Source: Octopus vulgaris (Eukaryota). From it: 64,000 nt of DNA. A program made the position numbers and the translations under genes. The notes beneath the pieces were generated by a model. It saw only the letters and a program-made list of their open reading frames with translations, made no database searches and was not told the DNA's origin. Below, one piece after another: positions 55,509 through 64,000 of the stretch; the first letter of the stretch is position 1, and every line of letters begins with the position of its first letter. The stretch lies in the NCBI GenBank assembly GCA_951406725.2, contig OX597822.1:29822001-29886000 (forward strand). The letters run 5' to 3'.

Positions 55509-55932
55509 GGATCTTTTCGGTTCGGCAGTTTTTAACATAATTTCTAGGTAACTAAAAAATTTTAAACTTCGTATACTGGTAGAATGTGTTTATAAAACAT
55601 CTTTTTCTCTTGGCTTTATTGAGAAAATTCTATAGTTTGTAAGATATTTGTTGTTGTTTTTTCTTCAATTTCTGCAATTTCAGCCAATCAGTGACATCTA
55701 TTGAGTTAAAAAGCATTCTGTGCCGTATGAATGTGTCCCTCGTTTAAGAAACAAATTGGGTTTATTTACATTTGTGAAGAAAAAAAAGATACCCTTCCCC
55801 CACCCCTAACCCTAACTAACCCTAACCCTAAAAGAGATTAAAATGCAATAGATCGATTCTAGGGTCATAATTATGGGTGACAATTTCATATGACACCGCT
55901 AGAAAAATCTGCCGTTCAAACCGAAAAGATCC
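55509..55932. mobile_element. MITE/non-autonomous DNA transposon with GGATCTTTTCGGTT TIRs and internal (CCCTAA)n
   Basis: ggatcttttcggtt..cggcagttttt / aaaaatctgccg..aaccgaaaagatcc; flanks cctca and cctcc. Confidence 0.75.
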
Positions 55933-57623
55933 CCTCCTCATTATGATGACGAAAATTTCCATTAAGTTTGAAGCAGTATCTAGCTTGGTTCCTCTGGTTT
56001 CAATGTTCACAGGCTTCAATGAGATTAATAGATGGCCGTGTTATGGATTCGGTCGATCACATATGTGACCAAGTTTGGATAACCCAGATCAATATCGTTC
56101 AAACGGAAGTATCAAACATCAAACCGTTCCATTCTTTAATAACATATCCTATTTTTGTAGAATGGGCTACACTGACAGTTGTAATCGCCTTTATTAAAGA
56201 TAGAGTGTAATTTGAGGAATATTTAGGTGCCTTTTTTTTATCAAATCATGTAACTTTGTAAAGTTACATAATAAGGCATAAAAAGAAAATGACTCTCCCC
56301 AGACACAATAGAATATGCTTCAACACACGAACTCATATAAAGAATCTTGAAAACCAAATCCAAAAACTTTGTAAGGTTTCTAGGAAATATGTGTTCTCTA
56401 AAATCGTCAAAACATTCAAAAACTCAATACTTTCTACGTTATAGTGGTAGCTGTGTTGGTGGTGATGGTCGTGCTGGTAGTAACGGTTGTGTTGTTGGTG
56501 ATGGTTGTGTTGGTGATGATGGCTGTGTGTGTGTGTAGGGGGGTCATGGTTGTGTTGGTGGTGACGGTTGTGATTGTGGTAGTATTACCAAAAAGCGTCT
56601 TAACACATTAAGGAAATAACAAGATCATTCCCATTGATACCGTTGAAGAAGAAAAAAACCATGAACACCAAGTGAGAATTGAGAAGCTGAAAGGAAAAAG
56701 AAGGCAAAGAAGACGTTAGAGAGAGGATGCACAATGTCCAGTAGCAGCTGGTTTCAGGAAGACCAACCTAATAGCGTAGTGATTTGTGTATGGGCCAAGA
56801 GGAAGTGGAGAGCCATGATCGTCAGCGCTAGTAGATATAGCATATAAAAAGAGAGGGGGCGGTGGTGGTGCCCATTATTTAGTCCCAGATCAGTACAGAT
56901 CGAATTAACCTATGAACTAAGAAAAGGGCAGATAACAATGTAACATAAGCCCACTTTATTCAAAGTCCTTTTCTAAGACGCTGATGTATGATACGATGAA
57001 GATTTGGCTGCTATCTCCAGCTTGTTGAGCGACTATACCCCAATTTGAGCCTTCCTCTCGAAAGCGCCCAACAACTGCTCTCAGACAAATTAGTACACAC
57101 ACACACACGCACACACACACACACGCGCACGCACACACACACACATACACACACACACACATACACACATATATTTTTCTCATTTTATCCTGTTATTGTT
57201 TTGGTCGTTGCTCTGCGGTGATGCTTGTAAGATTCAGTCGAACAAATCAACCCCACCTCACCATGCCCATTTTTGTTTAAAGTCTGGTACTTATTCCAGC
57301 GCTACCCTGAGCTGAGCCGTGAAGTCACGGGGATGTAAACGAACCAGCATCGGTTGTCAAGCGGTGTTGAGGAGAAAACACAAACACAGACAAACATACA
57401 TACATTCATACATACTCACATATACACACGCACACGTGTGTGTGTTTGTGTGTAAATATATACGACGGGCTTCTATACAGTTTCTACCTCTCAAATGTTC
57501 TCACAATTCAGTGGTTGGAGATATAGTGGAAGACGGGCCCCGAAACCAGTTGGTTTCAAAGAGAGTTTCTTAACCAAACAGCCATATCTGTCTGTCTGTC
57601 TCTCTGTCTGTCTGTCCGCCTGC

Positions 57624-57697
<74 letters not shown>

Positions 57698-57788
57698 GTG
57701 TGTCTATGTGTCTGTCTATCTATCTGCCTATCAATGTCTCTGCCTGTCTGTCTGTCTCTCTTTCACTCTCTCTCTTTCCCTCTCTCTC

Positions 57789-57820
<32 letters not shown>

Positions 57821-57824
57821 GCCA

Positions 57825-58020
57825 TAATAGATCGTTTGCCACTACACACATTTTCTTTTCTTTCCTTGTTTCTCTCCTTGTTTTTTTCTGTGTCCCTTTC
57901 TGTAGAAGAGCGTAGGCTCGAAACGTAAAATACTTTTTCTATTCCTGAGCGTTATACTAATACATCTGTTTGTTTTGTACACCACCTGTCTTCGTCTTTT
58001 GCTTTTTTCGTAAACTCTCC
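57825..58020 (+). mobile_element. Short repeat with a hammerhead-like motif (variant core CTGTAGA)
   Basis: ttt-CTGTAGA-a-gagc gtag gctc-GAAACGTA-aaa; lies between (TA)n tracts. Confidence 0.5.
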
Positions 58021-58023
58021 CAA

Positions 58024-58027
<4 letters not shown>

Positions 58028-58082
<55 letters not shown>

Positions 58083-58382
58083 GGTACCTATCTAGCAGTA
58101 TATTGGATATATGTTATCCCATGGTGGGTTGAATTTTCAACCCCTATCTCATTTTATATATATATATATAAATATGTATGTATATATATATGTGTGTGTA
58201 TGTATATATATATGTTTGTATGTGTATATATATGTGTGTATGTATATATATATGTGTGTATGTATATATATATGTGTGTATGTATATATATATATGTGTG
58301 TATGTATATACATATGTGTGTATGTATATACATATGTGTGTATGTACATATATATGTATATATATATGTATATATGTATATA

Positions 58383-58428
<46 letters not shown>

Positions 58429-58630
58429 AATATATGTATATATATGTATATATATATATATATGTATATATATATGTATATATATGTATGTATATATATA
58501 TATATGTATATATATATGTATGCATATATATGTATACATATATATATATGTATATAAATGTATATATATATATATGTATGTATATATATGTATATATATA
58601 TATATGTATATATATATGTATATATATATG

Positions 58631-58687
<57 letters not shown>

Positions 58688-58688
58688 T

Positions 58689-58724
<36 letters not shown>

Positions 58725-58927
58725 GTATATATATTTATATATATATATATGTATATATATATGTATATATATATATATGTATATATATATGTATATATGT
58801 ATGTATATATATATATGTATATATATATGTATGTATATATATATGTATATGTATATATATATATGTATATATATATATGTATATGTATATATATATGTAT
58901 ATATATATATATATATATGTGTATATA

Positions 58928-58960
<33 letters not shown>
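58028..58960. repeat. About 0.9-kb (TA)n/(TATG)n degenerate microsatellite
   Basis: Direct reading. Confidence 0.95.
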
Positions 58961-60135
58961 CATTTTGTGGAATTGGTTGAAAAATAGGTGACATAAGGCT
59001 AAAGAAGAATTATATTAATAACAGACACGCCCTACGATGAAACACTTGGCCATTAATAACATGATCCGATTTCTTTATGCCCGAAGTTGTCCATACCTAA
59101 AAGAGAAACTGAAGCGAAATAAAATGACTGTAACAAGGACATCGAACCTAGATATGCAGGTGGTGCTTTTTTTTCTCGGTATCAAATATTCAAGCAACCA
59201 CAACCGTGGGTCTTAAATTTCCTCGAATCTAATCGTGCTTATCGTTCATTAGATGTATTGCAAACAACATGCACATGCAAGTGCTACCAGTCATACCGGA
59301 AGCCAGCAAATGTATGGGGTCATCAGGAGAGAATGCGCGCCGTTTCGGGGCCTACTTCTCGACGGTATCAATGCGCACCGCACCCCCTCACTGACATGAG
59401 ACCCCGCTTGCTAGATCAGCTGGTTATCAAATACAGCTCAATATTCTTCTAGCCATCGCTCATCGTCTCTTTTTTACCAAATCCAGTGACTAGCCTTCTC
59501 CACTGTAGCTTGGATATCGGTCATGGTGATATTGAATTTTAGAACAATATTATTTAGTAAACAAGAAACGAAATAAAATGACTATAACATGATCATCGAA
59601 CCTAGTTGTGCAGGTGCAACCAGTTTTTTCTCGGTATCCACAAATGTAGGTCTTAAATTTCCTCGAATCTATTGGTGCTTAGATTTACTTAGAATTTTAG
59701 AACAATATTTTTTAGTAAACAAGGAGTATATTTGTCTTTTGGGTATGTTCTTATTTTGTTTACGTATTAGCTTAGATATTGTGCTCCTAAGTTGAATACG
59801 TGTACATTACACCTTATATTGATCTGTTTGAGTTGTGATCTAAATAGTGACAGCTGTTGCAATGGCTGATAAGATAGTTTATTACGATATTTAAGCTAAA
59901 TAAGAAAAGAGATAAAAACTAAACGATATAATCCTTGCTGTACTGTTTACGTAATAATGCTCTAACATCCCCAGTAAACTATGTTGAACAATAAGCTCCA
60001 TTTGGAAAATATATTCAAGCCTCAGGATTGCGTGAAGGCACCAAACCTGTTATAAAATGCTGTCTGAGCTGTTTTCATCGCATGAAATTATCAGCAGCTC
60101 ATAAATTTAAATACTGTGTTTATTAAATACTATTA

Positions 60136-60197
<62 letters not shown>

Positions 60198-60202
<5 letters not shown>

Positions 60203-60498
60203 CGTGATCACCGTGACCGACCAGGCTATCAGATGTTGCTCTACATTGCTCGTCACAATGCGCTTTGCCATGTTTTAGCCTTCAAATGACGCCACGCCGC
60301 TGGCTAAGCGAGCAGGCCAACAGAAGAAAGAGTGAGAGAGAGTTGTGGCGAAAGAATACAGCAGGGATCGCCACTACCCCCTGCCGGAGCCTCGTGGAGC
60401 TTTAGGTGTTTTCGCTCAATAAACACTCACAACGCCCGGTCTGCGAATCGAAACCACGATTCTACAACCACGAGTCCGCTGCCCTAACCACTCGGCCA
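60198..60498 (-). mobile_element. SINE head B plus tail d
   Basis: Homologous to 52227-52538; tail-only copy at 47598-47720 (+). Confidence 0.82.
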
Positions 60499-60510
60499 CA
60501 CACACACACA

Positions 60511-60579
<69 letters not shown>

Positions 60580-60584
60580 CTATT

Positions 60585-60632
<48 letters not shown>

Positions 60633-60736
60633 CATACATACATATATATATATATTTTAATCTTCGGATTCTTTTTTTAATATGCTAGACCACTGGTTTT
60701 AATTGATAAATATCAATTTCTACCCTTAATTAATTT

Positions 60737-60771
<35 letters not shown>

Positions 60772-61411
60772 ATATATATTCTATTATTTTTTTCTTTTAC
60801 TTGTTTCAGTCATTTTTGACTGTGGCAATGCCGGAGCATCGCCTTTTTATTCGAAGAAATCACCCGCTGAACTTATTCTTTGCAAGCTTGGTACTTATTT
60901 TATCATTTTCTTTTGCCGAACCGCTAAGTTACGGTCACCTAAAGACACCAATTGAATTATAGGTACAACTCACTTTTGCCAGCTGGGTGGACTGACCAAC
61001 GTGAAATAAAGCGTGGACACAACGCGCAGTCAAGAATCGAACTCACAAGCATTCGATCGTGAGCCGAGTACCCTAACCACTAAGCCACGCACCTTTACAA
61101 ACACCTTCACAAACAGCTAAATAAAATACTTTTTATTTTTTCAGAACTTTCAAGACAGGTACAAAAGAGGGAAGACATTATCCTGAAACAAGTGGCCTGA
61201 ACTAAATGCTTCTAAGAGAGTGAAACACCGTTGGATGTACCCAAGAGCCAGATGGTGACTCTAAACTGAGCGAAGGACTAAATCCACCACCCCAGAAAAC
61301 CGGAATGTATTGAATTCCTTGTATTCGCAAATATCGCTTTTGAATGAGACAATTCATTTGGCGAATGGAATTTATTTCACGGGTTCGATTAATGGTTGTA
61401 CTCTACCTCAC

Positions 61412-61425
61412 ACCACTACTCACAT
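61412..61425 (-). CDS. Tentative 14-nt microexon (DVSSG)
   Basis: Acceptor ttttgcattctgttttcag and donor gtgagg; converts phase 1 (signal exon) to phase 0 (28-nt exon). Supported only by splice motifs and frame. Confidence 0.4.
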
Positions 61426-62249
61426 CTGAAAACAGAATGCAAAACTTGAAATAAATACTGCAAGGTATCCAATCAGACATGTTTATATTTTTGCCAATCT
61501 ATCGCCCTTGACCAATATAATTTTTTTCATCGATCCTGAAAGATGGAAGGCAAAGCTGTGCGCAACAGGTATGAAGTTAGAACGTAGAACATCAGAACAT
61601 ATACCGCAGGGTATCTAATGACTCTGCCAATTCGTCGCTTGACTCTAGCTGGATTTTAACCCAGAATATATTTGGTGCTGAACTGAACACTGAACTAAAC
61701 ACAGGATGGCATTTACGTTTGTGCTCTTTTGATTTTATACTCCCATCCCATTCTCATTTGCCTGTTTCATAATTATTTCTAAATTTATTCCCCTTAATTA
61801 CAAATGTTTAGAGGATATAACCTATTATACAGACTTCAGTACTTGCCGAGTCCTATATTTTATCGACACCGATAGAATTTGAACTCAGAAATTAAACTCT
61901 TGCAAAAGAAATACTGGAAAGTATTTTGTCCTTTGCCCTGCGTATTCTAATCACCCCACTGCACTTAAGTGTCTCATTTTAGTCACTCGATGTGCTAGAA
62001 ATAGAAGTAAGGGTCCCAATAACCCTTTCCCTCAAAAGGAGTAATTAGACCCTAAAAAGGGGATGATTAGCTGGAATATTTTAGATCATTGTTTTGCTGG
62101 ACCAGGAATGATTCTATATTAAAGAACAATAAACAAAACATAGACGCAGGAGTGGTTGTGTGGTAAGTAGCTTGCTTACCAACCACATGGTTCTGGGTTC
62201 AGTCCCATTGCGTGACACCTTGGGCTATTGTCTTCTACGATAGTCTCGG

Positions 62250-62905
62250 TATAGTAGAAGGATGCAGAAAGTAGTAAACGCAGAATCTGTGGACAAAATG
62301 GTGAAACCGTATGGCATATAACCAGCCAGTGTACGCCGCTAGCCTAGAAGGAATATAAGAGACACCACGAAAATATAGCAAGGCTTGTCCATTGGAACTT
62401 TGCAACAAGTATGGACTTGACAGAACAAAAAATTGGTACGACCACAAACCCGAAAGCATCATCGAAAATGATAAGGCAATGCTCCTGTGGGATTTTATGA
62501 TTCATTGCGACCATGAGATAGAGAATAGGAAGCCATGCTGGATCATAGATATAGCATGCTCAGCTGACAAAAAGGTATGCGATCAGGAAGAAAGAAAAGT
62601 CGTTAGATATGACTGGTTAGCTTGGGAGGTTAAGCAATTGTCGATGAAAAAGGTAGTAGTAGTACCAATAATTGTCAGAGCCCTGTGAACAGTGAGTAAA
62701 AATCTGAAGAAGTACATGGGACAAATAAGGACAGCAATAAGGGTGGAGCACTTGCGGAAAACAGCACTGCTTGGTACCGCTCGAATACTCCGGAAGGTGC
62801 TCGAAAAATAAGAGGTGTTACCTCAGTTCAGTGGTAGTGAACAGCTGACATTGTAGTGCATCTCCAGCGTTAGAAGCTGTGCAAAGGTAATGATAATAAT
62901 AATGA
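62250..62905 (+). mobile_element. R4/Dong-type non-LTR retrotransposon 3' end with TAA-rich tail
   Basis: VHWELC.KYGL..WYDHKP..LLWDF.I.CD...RKP..IIDIAC...VPIIV.AL...TALLGTARILRKVL*, then a short 3' UTR and taatgataataataat. Confidence 0.85.
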
Positions 62906-63175
62906 TAGCGAGAGAGTTATGTAAAAGTGATACCAGTGGTTATCGGAGCGTTTGGCTCAATCCCATTGAAACTTCAAGACTTCTTAAGGCAACTGGAAAT
63001 CCCATGCAAGATTGATGTCTTGCATAAAACAGCCTTATTGGGCACAGCGCACATCTTAAGGAAAGTATTCTCTGTCTGAGGTCCTTGTTGTGACTTGACA
63101 GATGACTAAAGACTCCGGTGCATTTTTACCTACACCGTGTTACGAAGGAATAATAATAATAATAATTATAATAAT
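62906..63175 (+). mobile_element. Second, distinct R4/Dong-type 3' fragment with (TAA)n tail
   Basis: VKVIPVVIGAFGSIP...KTALLGTAHILRKVFSV* followed by (taa)n at about 63150-63175. Confidence 0.8.
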
Positions 63176-63392
63176 CCTTTCTAATTTGGTGGGGGACTAG
63201 TCGACAATCTCAAACCCAGTGCGAAACTGGTACTTAATTTATCGACCCCAAAAATAGAATATGTTAATCCGACCCCGGCGAAATTTGAGCTCATAAAGAC
63301 GGACGAGGGACACAGCTGGAAGAGCCAAGGTTTCATCCAGCTTGCTGACTTGATCACAATTGTTATAAGAATTGCTTTGTTATGTATTTCAC

Positions 63393-63498
63393 CACAAGAA
63401 CCACAGACGAGGGACACACTAGTAAGACAAATAAGAACAAATACGATCACGACGACGAGACGATAGACACATAACACAAACAATAGCAACAATAACAT
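63393..63498 (-). CDS. Tentative first coding exon: hydrophobic signal peptide (MLLLLLFVLCVYRLVVVIVFVLICLTSVSLVCGSC)
   Basis: ATG at 63498 followed by 35 mostly hydrophobic codons; weak donor gtgaaa (phase 1); possible upstream acceptor gctttgattcag at 63509. Confidence 0.5.
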
Positions 63499-64000
63499 TA
63501 TTACAGAACTGAATCAAAGCAAAACTTAACCAAATACTAAGGCAAACACAAAAAAGAAATCAGATAAAAAAAATATCAAGGGTTTGTTCAGGTGTGATAA
63601 ATTGACTCATCATGTGAAAATGATCTGGGTATTTTTTTGTTATTGTATGCTTTTTTTTTTTTTAAATTCATACCCTATTATAGATGATTTATGTCTGGGA
63701 ACCAACTTCTGAAAAATCAATGACAACATGAAACTACTTGTTAGAAAAAGAAGAAAGAAGGAACATCTACAAAAATATATTTAGGTAAATGGTTTATGTA
63801 TGGTCGTGTTTCACTATATAATTTAAGTTACCGTCCATTAAATTCAAGTGTTTTTTTTCTCTATTTTACGAGACCAAGGTTCTATAATTTATTGTTTAAG
63901 TTTGTGTAATATATCTAATGTAACATACAGTGAGCAGTAAACATTCAATTAGAAATATCAAAGCAGCAAGAATAGAATAACATTAAAATAGAGTTTTGAG

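Noticed and set aside
58077-58994. Long YI/IY/CV-rich ORFs here and at 3047, 10009-10619, 50395-51630 and 53286-53912
   Set aside because: They are translations of stop-free microsatellites, with no splice or domain support.

Overview
AT-rich, microsatellite- and repeat-dense animal genomic DNA. The SINE families and composition suggest a cephalopod (octopus-like), which is an inference. The window holds the 5' part of one large minus-strand gene. I reconstructed 16 phase-compatible GT-AG exons (45197 down to 416, about 793 codons, no stops) plus a tentative signal-peptide exon and a tentative 14-nt microexon. The domain order is C-type lectin - LDLa - CUB - CUB - CUB - 4x Sushi/CCP - Ca-binding EGF, continuing off the left edge, which is the architecture of Uninflatable (uif/SP1070)-like proteins. 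The introns contain at least four tRNA-derived SINE heads combined with interchangeable tails, mariner/Tc1 derivatives, two copies of a non-autonomous Helitron, Gypsy/CR1/R4-Dong-type fragments and a telomere-repeat-carrying MITE. The most notable feature is a set of short Penelope-like elements in (TA)n tracts that carry minimal hammerhead-ribozyme motifs and often form fold-back palindromes, including a near-perfect 464-bp palindrome with a hammerhead on each strand. Almost all long ORFs in the supplied track are microsatellite artefacts.
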